Source: Polyangia bacterium
Lineage (GTDB): Bacteria; Myxococcota_A; Polyangia; Fen-1088
Direction: 5' to 3'
DNA length: 52,808 nt
Assembly (NCBI GenBank): GCA_035544495.1
Contig: DATKEU010000418.1
Location: 1 to 52,808, forward strand
Under the pieces are notes generated by a model. The model was not told the DNA's origin, searched no databases, and saw only the letters and a list, made by a program, of their open reading frames with translations. Shown here piece after piece: positions 1 through 9,161 of this stretch. The translations under genes and the position numbers were made by a program. Each line of letters opens with the position of its first letter. The first letter of the stretch is position 1.

Positions 1-1
1 C

Positions 2-1396
2 GCCTATGTCGATGCGCTGCGAACCATGGCCCAGGGCGTGGGGGCCGCGTACCGCCAGACTGTCGCCGCCCCGGCGTTCACCGCGGACTGCTTCGCCAGC
101 GACGAGGGGGCGCGCGCCTGCGCGGACAAGACCATCCGCGACCTGGGCAGGCGGGCCTTCCGGCGGACGATCGATGACCGCGAAGTGACGGCGCTGCTGG
201 CGGTCTACGACGCCGGGCGAGACACGGGGCCCGACGGGGACGTGGCCGGGCGCATGGCGGCCGGGATGGACTATACGGTTCGCGCGCTGGTGCAATCACC
301 GCACTTCATCTTCAGGACGGAGCTTGGACCCACGGACGTCACGTCGGGCCCGTCGTCGCTGACCCCGTTCGAGCTGGCGAGCGCGCTGTCCTACGGGATC
401 ATCGCCTCGCCGCCGGATGCGGACCTGCTGGCGGCGGCGGAGGGGAACCAGCTGGCGACGCCCGACCAGATCGGAGCCCAGGTCCGGCGCTTGATCGCGG
501 CGCGGCCGGATCGCTTCAAGGCGATGGTCAGTGACTTCGTCACCGAGTGGCTGAGCATCGACTTCGACAAGCCCGCGTGGACCAAGGACACCACGTTCTA
601 TCCGCTCTTCTCGACGGCCCTCAAGACCACCTTCCAGCAGGAGACGCAGGCCTTCCTCGGCGACTGGGTTGACGGAGGCAGCACGCTCTCCGCGCTGCTG
701 ACCAGCACGGATGGGTTCGTGAGCAGCGCCAACGCGCCCGTCTACGGGATGACGTCCTCGTCCGCGACGCTGCAGAAGACCCCGCTGCCCGCCGGACAGC
801 GCGCCGGGATTCTCACCCAGCCGAGCTTCCTCGGTTCGGCGGCGCACATCGACGGATCGTCGCCGGTCTACCGGGGGCTCGCCATCATGAGCCAGTTCCT
901 GTGCAAGGTCCCGCCCCCCGTGCCGGCCGTTGTTCCGCCCCTGCCGACCATCGACAAGTCGAACATCAAGACCACGCGGCAGCGCTATCAGCTGCACGCC
1001 ACGGCGGCGTTCTGCGCCGCTTGCCACAGCCAGTTCGATCCGATGGGCTTCACGTTCGAGAACTACGACGGCATCGGCGCCTGGCGCTCGCAGGAGAACG
1101 GCATGCCGATCGATTCGTCGGGCGCCATCGTCGGCTTGACCGGCGGCGATAAACCGGTCGCCAACGCCGTCGAGATGGCGCAGGCCCTGGCCGCCAGCCC
1201 GGACGTGCAGTCCTGCTTCGCGCGCCAGGTCTTCCGCTTCGACATCGGACGCACGGAGACGGACGCCGACTCCTGCGCGGTCGATCAGTACACGACCGCC
1301 TTCACCGACAAGGGCCTGGACCTGCGCGAGCTGCTGGTGGCCATCGCGTCCTCGCCCACGTTCCAGACGCGCACCGCGATCATGGGAGGACCGTAA
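2..1396 (+). CDS. DUF1592/DUF1588/DUF1585-family (planctomycete PSD/PSCyt-type) secreted protein; N-terminus cut off by the window edge
   Basis: The frame of ORF 26..1396 stays open back to base 2. It is collinear with the full-length paralogue at 13025..14728 ('LGRRAFRRTIDDRE' vs 'FGLRAFRRPVTPDE'; 'VQSPHFIFRTE' vs 'LISPFFLMRSE'). The C-terminus reads 'FCAACHSQFDPMGFTFENYDGIGAWR', with CxxCH at 1013-1027. A DUF1552-type partner gene follows 1 nt later. Confidence 0.7.
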   Translation, partial: AYVDALRTMAQGVGAAYRQTVAAPAFTADCFASDEGARACADKTIRDLGRRAFRRTIDDREVTALLAVYDAGRDTGPDGDVAGRMAAGMDYTVRALVQSPHFIFRTELGPTDVTSGPSSLTPFELASALSYGIIASPPDADLLAAAEGNQLATPDQIGAQVRRLIAARPDRFKAMVSDFVTEWLSIDFDKPAWTKDTTFYPLFSTALKTTFQQETQAFLGDWVDGGSTLSALLTSTDGFVSSANAPVYGMTSSSATLQKTPLPAGQRAGILTQPSFLGSAAHIDGSSPVYRGLAIMSQFLCKVPPPVPAVVPPLPTIDKSNIKTTRQRYQLHATAAFCAACHSQFDPMGFTFENYDGIGAWRSQENGMPIDSSGAIVGLTGGDKPVANAVEMAQALAASPDVQSCFARQVFRFDIGRTETDADSCAVDQYTTAFTDKGLDLRELLVAIASSPTFQTRTAIMGGP

Positions 1397-1397
1397 G

Positions 1398-2777
1398 ATG
1401 AGCCTTGGCACCGTGTCTCGCCGGAGCGTGCTCAAGACCTTCGCCGGTCTGGGCGCCGCCGCGCCGCTTTTCAAGGGCCTGCTCCGCGACGCGTTCGCGC
1501 AGACGGCGGCGACCGCCCCGCGGTTCATCGTGATCAGCAACCCGCACGGCATGGCGCCCGACTTCTGGCGGCCGCAAGCGCCAGGCGGCGGCGCCGCGGC
1601 GACCACCGGCTGGACGCTGAACTTCGACCCCGTCTCCTCGCTGGGCCCGCTCGAGCCCCACAAGGACTCGCTGCTCATCATCGAGGGGCTGGATCTGACC
1701 TGCAACTACGACATGGGCGGCTACCTCGGCCACAACGGCGGGGCCGTGGCGCCCCTGACCGGCAGGCACGCGCGCGCCGAGCAAGATGCCGACTCGATGC
1801 GGACCACCGGTCCGTCGATCGATTACTACCTGGCCAATCTGCTCAAGGTCGAGCCGTTCCTGTTCAAGCCCACCGGATACTCTGGCAACAGCCTGGGCAA
1901 CTCGTTCGACAGCGCCGGCGAGCGCGTCAACTTCGAGTACGACCTGCGCAGCAGCTTCACCAAGTGGTTCGGAAATTTTACCGCGCCGTCGTCGGCGGCG
2001 GCGGCGCCGGATCCGAAGGCGGCCGCGCGCGCCAAGGCCGAATCGGCGTCCCTCGACTACCTGAACGGCGAGGCCAAGCTGTTGCGGACGCGCCTGTCCG
2101 GCGCCGAGCGCCTGAAGCTGGACGGCCAGATCGACGGGCTGAACCTCATCGCCCAGAAGCTGTCGGGCACCAGCGCCGCGCCGACCAGGTCGTGCCAGAA
2201 GCCGGCCAGCCCGGGCTCCACCGCGGACAGCCAGACCCTGATCAAGATGGAGCTGCAGTTCGCCGCGCAGCTGCTGGCGTGCAACTTGACCCGCGTGATG
2301 AACCTGGACATCGATCCCGTGAACGGCGGCAAGATGCCCTGGCTTCCGGGGAGCCTGGCGACCATGGCCACCCACAACGACATCGCGCACGGCTTCCGCC
2401 CGGACGATCCGACGACCGGCCGCAACCTGTCGACGGTGCAGCGCTGGTACGCGCAGCAGGTGGCGGACTTCATTACCGCGCTCAAGGCCATCCCGGAAGG
2501 GAACGGCACGGTCTACGACAACACCATCATCCTGTGGATCAACGAGCTCGGCGATCCGGCGCGCCACATGAACAACAACCTGCCGTTCGTGCTGGCGGGC
2601 GGCGGCGGCACTTTCAAGCGCGGCCGCTACCTGAAGCTGGGGATCGGGCCCGAGTACTCCGACCCGCCCGATCCGCACACGCGCCTGCTGACGTCGCTGG
2701 TCAATCAGTTCGGCGCGGGCGCGACCGTCTTCGGCGATCCCCGTTACCCCGGCGAGCTGCCGAGCTTCCTCGGCTGA
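1398..2777 (+). CDS. DUF1552-family protein with twin-arginine signal
   Basis: The ATG lies 1 nt after the upstream TAA, with GGGAGGA 7 nt upstream. Tat-type signal 'VSRRSVLKTFAGLGAAAPL'. It is a paralogue of 14725..16185 (shared blocks 'TIILWINELGD'/'TIILHCSELGD' and 'LPFVLAGG'/'VPFVFIGG'). DUF1552 genes are the usual downstream partner of DUF1592-family genes. Confidence 0.7.
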   Translation: MSLGTVSRRSVLKTFAGLGAAAPLFKGLLRDAFAQTAATAPRFIVISNPHGMAPDFWRPQAPGGGAAATTGWTLNFDPVSSLGPLEPHKDSLLIIEGLDLTCNYDMGGYLGHNGGAVAPLTGRHARAEQDADSMRTTGPSIDYYLANLLKVEPFLFKPTGYSGNSLGNSFDSAGERVNFEYDLRSSFTKWFGNFTAPSSAAAAPDPKAAARAKAESASLDYLNGEAKLLRTRLSGAERLKLDGQIDGLNLIAQKLSGTSAAPTRSCQKPASPGSTADSQTLIKMELQFAAQLLACNLTRVMNLDIDPVNGGKMPWLPGSLATMATHNDIAHGFRPDDPTTGRNLSTVQRWYAQQVADFITALKAIPEGNGTVYDNTIILWINELGDPARHMNNNLPFVLAGGGGTFKRGRYLKLGIGPEYSDPPDPHTRLLTSLVNQFGAGATVFGDPRYPGELPSFLG

Positions 2778-2798
2778 GACCGATCGCGGGCGGCGCGG

Positions 2799-4694
2799 TT
2801 ACGGCACGGCGATCACGCTCGTCCACTGGGCGATGTGATTCGAGGTGCCGATGTCCTGGAACGGCAGGCAGAACGCGGCGGCGCTGGGATCCTCGCCGCG
2901 CGCGAGACGGCCGGTATCCACCGCCACCATCCAGATGAGCGTGCCGTTCGGCAACAGCTCGTGCGTCGACGCGGGCGGCGGCGACGGGCGCAAGCCATAC
3001 CGGCGCAGCGACGAGAACGTCAGCCACAAGATCTGGCTGTCGGCCGAGGTGTGAAACGAGAACGGGTTCCATTTCGGGTACGACGTGCCGAGATCCGGGA
3101 CGCCGCGGTCGGCAACGCCGGGCCGGTTGGCGGCGGCCAGCTCCACCGGCGTGGGAGCCGCCGCGCTGCCGAACGGGACCGCCCACAGCCGCGCGCTGGG
3201 ATCGGTGTCGGCGTTGCAGGTGCGGTCGTAGGTCTTTCCCGCCGGACAGGTCGACTCGTCGAAGACGACGAAGGCGCCGTCGGGCGCGATGGCCGGGTAA
3301 TACCGATTCTTCCCCGCCACCGATGGAACCAGCGCGCGCGGCGCCGACCAGACGCCGGCGCTGTCGCGTTCGACGTAGCTGATCGCGCCCTGTTCGGGCG
3401 CCTGATCGATGTGCGTGACGCCCACCTCCGTGAAGGCGATGCGGCTCCCGTCGAGGGACCAGTCCGGGTGGTCCGCCTGGATTCCGCCGAGCGGGATCGA
3501 ACCCGTGCGCGCGCCTGTGGCGCCGTCGAACAGCATCAGGTCCCTCTCGCCGCCATCGCCGAAGACGCCCACGAAGGCAGAGCCGTCCGGACCCCATGAC
3601 TCGAAGGTGCTGCGCTGGGCGAGCGGGAACGGCACGACCGGCGCGCGGCGCGCGACGTCGTACAACAGCGCGTCGCCGTCGATGCTGACGCTCGAGCCCG
3701 GGTTCATCTTGCTGGTGGTCAGCACCATCCTGGCGCCGTCGCGCGACAGCGCGTGACAGCCCACGCAGAACACCGTCGGATCGCCGCTGGCCTCCGGTCC
3801 CAGGAAGCGCTCTGCCTGGATGCGGGAGGCGTCGCCGAAATTCCAGCGCATGACCGCCGAGCCCTGCGACGTCGTCCAGTAGTAAAGCACGCCGCGCAGG
3901 TCGGCCGGCGCGAAGCGCAGCGACTGCATGGCGCTGGTGCCCACGGCCGTGCCCGCGTCGTCGGTCGCCCGGACCGCCAGCGCCAGCACCGAGCCGCCGC
4001 GGTTGGTCTCGGCCAGGCCCGTCCACACGTCACGCGTCGGCATGTACAAGCAGCCTGGATCGGCGTCGTTTCCGACCGGCGCGCAGCGGGTGTACGCGCG
4101 CACGTCGGTCAGATCGTTCGTGAACGCGACTTCGTAGAGCGTGTTGGCGGCGGCGCCGCTCCGGAAGTGCACCTCGATCTCGAACAGGTTCGGCGGCAGC
4201 AGCACGCCGTCGTTCGGGTAGACCAGCTCGGGGGCGCGCGCGGCGTCCGCCGGCCCCGTGAAGGCGCCGGCCGGCGCCGCCGGCAGCGGGGCCGCGCCCG
4301 CCGGCAGCGGGGCGTCCACGGCCAGGACGAAGCGCACGCGCAGGTGGGCCGTGGCCATCGCGCCTTGCCAGGTCACGCGAACCGTCGTCTCGCCCCCGAA
4401 GCGCGTGCCGGTGGTGGCGGCCCCGGTCGCGTCCACGCTCGCGAGCAGCGGGTTGTCGGAGCTCCAGGTCCCGGCGGTGGTCACGTCCGTCTCGTGGCCA
4501 CCGACGGTCCCGTAGGCGTGAAAGCGCGCCGTGGCGGGCGAGCCGTTCTGGATGCTCACCATCACCTCGGCCGGCTCCACCCGCAGGGCCGACGGCGCCG
4601 CGCCACCGACCACGAAGTCGGTCTTGCACGCGCCCAGACCGGCGGCGACGACCGCGCCCAGCGCGAGGGCCGCCGGATGCGGGCGCGCGCCCAT
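2799..4694 (-). CDS. Lipoprotein with an Ig-like (Big_2-type) N-domain, a single CxxCH motif and a PD40/TolB-like beta-propeller
   Basis: ORF 2799..4796 is trimmed to Met35 (4694). This gives the lipoprotein signal 'MGARPHPAALALGAVVAAGLGAC' and overlaps the upstream stop as TGATG (4692-4696). 'FCVGCHALSRDG' places CxxCH at 3753-3767. PD40-like repeats include 'WSLDGSRIAFTE' and 'YYPAIAPDGAFVVFDE'. Confidence 0.6.
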   Translation of the reverse strand: MGARPHPAALALGAVVAAGLGACKTDFVVGGAAPSALRVEPAEVMVSIQNGSPATARFHAYGTVGGHETDVTTAGTWSSDNPLLASVDATGAATTGTRFGGETTVRVTWQGAMATAHLRVRFVLAVDAPLPAGAAPLPAAPAGAFTGPADAARAPELVYPNDGVLLPPNLFEIEVHFRSGAAANTLYEVAFTNDLTDVRAYTRCAPVGNDADPGCLYMPTRDVWTGLAETNRGGSVLALAVRATDDAGTAVGTSAMQSLRFAPADLRGVLYYWTTSQGSAVMRWNFGDASRIQAERFLGPEASGDPTVFCVGCHALSRDGARMVLTTSKMNPGSSVSIDGDALLYDVARRAPVVPFPLAQRSTFESWGPDGSAFVGVFGDGGERDLMLFDGATGARTGSIPLGGIQADHPDWSLDGSRIAFTEVGVTHIDQAPEQGAISYVERDSAGVWSAPRALVPSVAGKNRYYPAIAPDGAFVVFDESTCPAGKTYDRTCNADTDPSARLWAVPFGSAAAPTPVELAAANRPGVADRGVPDLGTSYPKWNPFSFHTSADSQILWLTFSSLRRYGLRPSPPPASTHELLPNGTLIWMVAVDTGRLARGEDPSAAAFCLPFQDIGTSNHIAQWTSVIAVP

Positions 4695-5614
4695 CAGAAC
4701 CGCACCCCCGCCGTGGCGCCCAGCGAAAGCTCGACCCGCGGCAACGCGCGGACACCGACCGGCTCCGACGAGGTCACCAGGCGCTGGGCGGTCCACCCGA
4801 ACGCGGAGGCCCCCAGGCCCACCACCACCCGACCGCGCGTCCAGGTTCCGTCGAGTCCACCCGTCAGCCCCGGAGAAAGACCCGCCGTGGTCATGTCGCG
4901 CTCGAACCCGGTCCCCGACGCGAAGACGAGACCCAGGACCGGACCCGCGTGAAGGTCCAGCTGAAAGCGCCCCTCGGCGAAGCGCCGCGCGAGCTCCAGC
5001 GCCGCGCCGGCGCGCGCCCAGCGAGCGCGCCCGTCACCGAGATCGTTCTCCTGCGGCCACATGCCGAACAACAGCAGCCGCCCGCCGAGGCGCGGGCCCC
5101 ACAGACCAACGGTCAGGCGTGCCGACGGCGACAGCGCGCCGTCGGCCAGCGTGACCGCCGGGCCGACGGCGATCTCGATGGCAAGCGACGTCGGGGCGAC
5201 GACCGGAGGCGGAACCGCCACCACCACCGCGGCAGGCGGAGGGGCCGCGGCGGCGGGCGGCGGGCGCGCCGGCAGCGTGGGCGCCGGCACCCGCTGCGGT
5301 CGCTGCTGGGCCTCCCACGCCGCGATGACCACCGCCACCACGTTGGCCCGATCCGCGCACGACACGTCCAGCGTCAACACCCGCTCGCCGATCGGCGTCC
5401 CGTCGGCGGCAGTCAGGCGCACCCGCAGTCTGTTCCCTTCGGCGCTGATCGCCGCCCGCTCGCGCGCGGCGCTCTCGTCGGTCGGAGCCAGCAACGCGCC
5501 CAGGCGCGCCTCCACCTCCGTGGCCGACGGGCAAGCCGTTGCGCTCTCGACGGCGACGCGGCTGCCGCCCCCGCCCTGCAGGACGAAAAGGCCGAGGAGC
5601 GCGAGCTCAGTCAC
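4694..5614 (-). CDS. Putative outer-membrane beta-barrel protein with an N-terminal soluble domain and a Pro/Ala linker
   Basis: GTG 5614 overlaps the stop of the upstream gene (5607-5609) by 8 nt; ATG 5701 is an alternative start. A Pro/Ala-rich spacer 'PAPTLPARPPPAAAAPPPAAVVVAVPPPVV' is followed by an alternating-hydrophobic C-terminal half ending in an aromatic residue ('...SLGATAGVRF'). The signal peptide is weak, so the start and localisation are uncertain. Confidence 0.45.
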   Translation of the reverse strand: MTELALLGLFVLQGGGGSRVAVESATACPSATEVEARLGALLAPTDESAARERAAISAEGNRLRVRLTAADGTPIGERVLTLDVSCADRANVVAVVIAAWEAQQRPQRVPAPTLPARPPPAAAAPPPAAVVVAVPPPVVAPTSLAIEIAVGPAVTLADGALSPSARLTVGLWGPRLGGRLLLFGMWPQENDLGDGRARWARAGAALELARRFAEGRFQLDLHAGPVLGLVFASGTGFERDMTTAGLSPGLTGGLDGTWTRGRVVVGLGASAFGWTAQRLVTSSEPVGVRALPRVELSLGATAGVRF

Positions 5615-6578
5615 TGAGGGCGTGTCCCGCCGAGGCGGCGAACCGCCCGCGCGGGAACCGCCGCAGGTACTCTTCCAGATCTGCGCGGGCGCCCGTCTCA
5701 TCACCCAGGCGCGACCGGCACGAGCTGCGGCCGTAAAGCGCGCGCTCGACCACGATCCCCGTCGCCGACGGCGCGGCCAGTACCGCGTCGAAGTCCAGCG
5801 CGGCCCCCGCAGGATTGCCGCGCGCCGCGCGCAGCTCGCCACGCAGAAGCTGCATCTCCACCGTCCGCGGAAGGCGCGCGAGCGGCGCCGCTTCCAGCCG
5901 CGCCAGCGCCCGCCCCTTCCGCCCCAGCGCCAGCAGCGCGTCGATGCGGGCGGCGGTCGCCTCGGGCGCCAGCACGCCCTTCGGATAACGGTGGTCATAG
6001 CGATCCAGAACGCGAAGCGCGCGCCGGGGCGCCCGATCCTGTCGCAGCGCCTCGATCGCCCCGCCCAGCAAGCGCGACTCCGCCACCACCGGCTCGGGCA
6101 TCTCCGCCGGCGCCGGCTTCGGCGACAGGTGAACCCGCGCCCCGTGGACGGGCGCCGGCGCGGGCGAGGGCTCGGGAATCGGCTCTATCGTCACCGGCGA
6201 CGGCGACGGCGACGGCATGGCCGGCCCGCGGCGCTGGTCGCGCGCGGGAGCCCCGATCGGGTCGCGGAATCCCAGCCAGCGCTCGACCACCTGGCGCACG
6301 GGCACGAAACCCGTCACGCCGACCGCCGCCCCCACCGCGCTGCCCGCAAACAGGATCAAGGCGCCGACGGCTCCCACCGCCCACAGCCGCCACCCGCTGG
6401 CGCGCCCAACCACCACCGTGCGCCGCTCGATGCGGGCCGCGATCCGCGCCCGCGCCGACGGCGCCAGCCGTGGCGGCGCCGTGTTCAACAGACGAAGCAT
6501 GTGCGAGGCGGTGATCTCCGCCGGATCCTCGGTTGTCGCCCCCGCTGCCAACGGCCTTGGTGTCCCAAGCTCGATCAT
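5607..6578 (-). CDS. Anti-sigma-factor-like single-pass membrane protein with a TPR-like periplasmic domain
   Basis: ATG 6578 overlaps the sigma-factor stop as ATGA (6575-6578). It has about 60 cytoplasmic residues, one TM helix 'WRLWAVGAVGALILFAGSAVGAAVGV', a Pro-rich spacer 'PSPSPSPVTIEPIPEPSPAPAP' and a helical C-terminal domain. There is no HxxxCxxC zinc motif, so the call rests on position and topology only. Confidence 0.55.
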   Translation of the reverse strand: MIELGTPRPLAAGATTEDPAEITASHMLRLLNTAPPRLAPSARARIAARIERRTVVVGRASGWRLWAVGAVGALILFAGSAVGAAVGVTGFVPVRQVVERWLGFRDPIGAPARDQRRGPAMPSPSPSPVTIEPIPEPSPAPAPVHGARVHLSPKPAPAEMPEPVVAESRLLGGAIEALRQDRAPRRALRVLDRYDHRYPKGVLAPEATAARIDALLALGRKGRALARLEAAPLARLPRTVEMQLLRGELRAARGNPAGAALDFDAVLAAPSATGIVVERALYGRSSCRSRLGDETGARADLEEYLRRFPRGRFAASAGHALSD

Positions 6579-7156
6579 GACGCCTCCCCCCGCTCCTGCA
6601 TCGCGCGCAGCCGCTCGAGGAACCGCGCGCGGGCCCGGTGCAGTTGCACCCACACCGTGGCCAGCTTCGTCCCCGTCAGCGTCGCGATCTCCTCGCCCGA
6701 CAGACCCTCGATCTCGAACAGGACCAGCACCTCGCGTTGCTTGCGCTCCACTCCCTCCAGCGCCGCATAGACCGTCCGCGACGCCTGCTTGCGTTCCAGC
6801 TCCTCGACCGGCGTCGGCCGCGGCGTCGGGATGTCGCCAGCGAAGTCGCCGGTCAGACCCCGCAGCCAGCGCGTGATGCGCTGCTTGCGGCGCTGCCGGT
6901 GTACGACGCGCTCCGTGATTCGGTACAGCCACGTCGAGACCTTGGCCTGGGCGCGCCACTCCGGCAGCCGGCGCTGCACCACCATGAAGACGTCGTGAAC
7001 CACGTCCTCGGCGTCGATTGTGGGACCACCGAGGCGCATCACCCAGCGCTCCACCTGGACCGCGTAGGTCCGGTACAGCGAATCGATGTCCACCGCGGCC
7101 GGCGATGCATCGAGGAGTGGGTCGCGCTCGCTCTTCATGGCAACGGCAATCGACAT
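6575..7156 (-). CDS. ECF (group 4) RNA polymerase sigma-70 factor
   Basis: ORF 6575..7606 is trimmed to ATG 7156 (193 aa), with GAGG 5 nt upstream. Region 2 reads 'DAEDVVHDVFMVVQRRLPEW...STWLYRITERV'. Region 4 reads 'REVLVLFEIEGLSGEEIATLTGTKLATVWVQLHRARARF'. Confidence 0.85.
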   Translation of the reverse strand: MSIAVAMKSERDPLLDASPAAVDIDSLYRTYAVQVERWVMRLGGPTIDAEDVVHDVFMVVQRRLPEWRAQAKVSTWLYRITERVVHRQRRKQRITRWLRGLTGDFAGDIPTPRPTPVEELERKQASRTVYAALEGVERKQREVLVLFEIEGLSGEEIATLTGTKLATVWVQLHRARARFLERLRAMQERGEAS

Positions 7157-7301
7157 GTTAGCCTCAACCCAGTGCCGGGCGGGGCCGATTTCCTTACGTC
7201 GTGGGACAGGGAAGATTTGATTCTGACCCGCCGCGGCGTCTTCGCCAGTCCAGCGTGCGGAAAATGAAAGGTCCGGGTCTTCTCCGGAGACGAGGCCACG
7301 G

Positions 7302-9161
7302 ATGATCCGCACCGGTTTCCCGGACCGCTGCGTCCGATGTGTGCTGACCTGCGCCGCCGGGCTGGCCGCGCTGGCCGCGCTGGTGTGGCCGGCGCCGGCC
7401 GCCGCGCAGGGCTTCACCATCAGCGCGCAGTCGGGCCTGGACACCGTGCGCGCCGTGCGCGCCGCCGACTGGTGGCTGAGCGGCGTCGGGCTCATCGATC
7501 TCGACGGTGACGGCGACCTGGACGTCTTCCTCAGCTCGCACGGCTCGTACGGCGCTCTGGCGGCCGTCAACGACGGCAAGGGACACTTCACGGTCGCCGC
7601 CGGCACCTACCCGGACACCGAGCTGCTCTTGCCCTGCGATCTGGACGAGGACGGCAAGATCGATTTCGCCGCGACCTACTCCGACGGCGGCGCGAAGTGG
7701 TGGCTGAACCGAAGCACGCCGGGCGGCATGCTGTCGTTCCTGGGCACCATGGTCACGCGCGACGGAGGCCAGGCGCGCCAGCAGGCTCTGGTCGACATCG
7801 ACGGCGACGGCAAGCTGGACTGGTTGCGCGGCGCGGGCGCCGGCGTGCTGTTCGATCTCGGCGACGGCAAGGGCGGCTTCGCGGCCGCCAGCCGCACGCT
7901 GGCCAACCCGGGCGGCGAGGAGATCGCCGTCATCCCGGTGGACATCGACGGCGACGGCGACGAGGACCTGCTGGTCAACTTCGGTCGCTACGACACCTAC
8001 GGCCCCAACGGAGCCTCGCGCCTGTACCGCAACGACGGCGGCGGCACGTTCACCAACGTGACCACCCAGGCGGGGCTTTACGAGATCGGCCTGGCGGTGA
8101 AGGGCGTGGGCGACTTCGACCAGGACGGCGACACGGACATCATCGCCCTCGAGAAGCTCGCCTTCCCGCACACCATCTTCCTGAACGACGGCAAGGGCAA
8201 CTTCACCCGCAAGGCCGGCGCCGTCGACGGGCCGACCGGCACGGCCGAGTACGGATCGTGGGGCCTGGCCGCGATGACCGATCTCGACAACGATGGCCTG
8301 CCCGACATCGTCGTCGACGGGCGCAACTACCTGCACGTGCTGCGCGGGACGGGCGGCGGGTCGTTCTCGTACGTCAACAAGACCTGGGGCGGCATCGTCG
8401 ACATCGCGGAGGCCTCCGTGGACAACGGCTTCTCCTTCGGCGACATCGACGGGGACGGCGACCTGGATCTGATCGGGTACAAGACCATCGACCCGCGGCG
8501 CGACCTGAACGTCTACGTCAACAATCTGCCCGCCCAGAACTGGATCAACGTGCGGCCCGTCGGCGTCAGCGGCAACAAGGCCGCCGTGGGCGCTCAGATT
8601 CGCGTCTACGCCGCCGGCGGCGATCAGCTGCTGTGGTTCGAGGAGGTGGTCTTGTACAACAAGCAGGTCCAGCAGGCCTATTACGCGCGCGGCGAGACCG
8701 AGCGCCATTACGGCCTGGGCGCGCGCGCCTCGGTGGACGTGACAGTGACCTTCTCCCCGTCGCACAAGCAGGTCCGACAAAACGGCGTCGCGGCGGGGAC
8801 CACCGTGCGCATCAGTGAGGACGGCGCTGGCGTCGTCGTGCCGCCGCCGACCCCGGTGGCGGACGCGGGCACGCCGCCAACTCCCGGCGACGGGAGCGGC
8901 GGTGCCGCCGGGACAGGCGGCGGTGGCTCCGGCGGGTCAGGACCGGGCACCGGCGACATGCCCGCGACCGGCGCGCCCGGAACAAGCTCCGGAACCGGTG
9001 GATCGGCGGCCCGCCCACCGCAAGCGACCGGGACCGTGACCGGCGGATGCGCTTTGGGCGCCAGCGCCCACCGACCCGGCGCGATCGCTCCGTTGGTGGG
9101 CGCGCTGGCGTTGCTAGGCCTTGCGGCCCCGCGGCCCGCCCGGCGCCGGAGGCGGCGATGA
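7302..9161 (+). CDS. FG-GAP/VCBS-repeat plus ASPIC/UnbV-domain (CRTAC1-like) surface protein with a MYXO-CTERM-like tail
   Basis: Signal 'CAAGLAALAALVWPAPAAAQG'. Repeated 'DLDGDGDLDV', 'DIDGDGKLDW', 'DIDGDGDEDL', 'DFDQDGDTDI', 'DLDNDGLPDI' and 'DIDGDGDLDL' Ca-binding FG-GAP/VCBS loops. The ASPIC block reads 'NWINVRPVGVSGNKAAVGAQIRVY...ERHYGLG'. A Gly/Ser/Thr/Pro linker leads to 'GGCALGASA...LVGALALLGLAAPRPARRRRRR' (Cys codon 9048-9050). Confidence 0.75.
   Translation: MIRTGFPDRCVRCVLTCAAGLAALAALVWPAPAAAQGFTISAQSGLDTVRAVRAADWWLSGVGLIDLDGDGDLDVFLSSHGSYGALAAVNDGKGHFTVAAGTYPDTELLLPCDLDEDGKIDFAATYSDGGAKWWLNRSTPGGMLSFLGTMVTRDGGQARQQALVDIDGDGKLDWLRGAGAGVLFDLGDGKGGFAAASRTLANPGGEEIAVIPVDIDGDGDEDLLVNFGRYDTYGPNGASRLYRNDGGGTFTNVTTQAGLYEIGLAVKGVGDFDQDGDTDIIALEKLAFPHTIFLNDGKGNFTRKAGAVDGPTGTAEYGSWGLAAMTDLDNDGLPDIVVDGRNYLHVLRGTGGGSFSYVNKTWGGIVDIAEASVDNGFSFGDIDGDGDLDLIGYKTIDPRRDLNVYVNNLPAQNWINVRPVGVSGNKAAVGAQIRVYAAGGDQLLWFEEVVLYNKQVQQAYYARGETERHYGLGARASVDVTVTFSPSHKQVRQNGVAAGTTVRISEDGAGVVVPPPTPVADAGTPPTPGDGSGGAAGTGGGGSGGSGPGTGDMPATGAPGTSSGTGGSAARPPQATGTVTGGCALGASAHRPGAIAPLVGALALLGLAAPRPARRRRRR

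Noticed and set aside
7196-7223. A candidate autoregulated ECF promoter on the minus strand ('GAATC'-N17-'CGACGT') upstream of the sigma gene.
   Set aside because: The -35 is not the usual GGAAC/TGAAC form. The spacing to a CGT core is either 17 or 20 nt depending on how the -10 is read. No second copy was found upstream of the neighbouring operons, so it is too weak to report as a feature.
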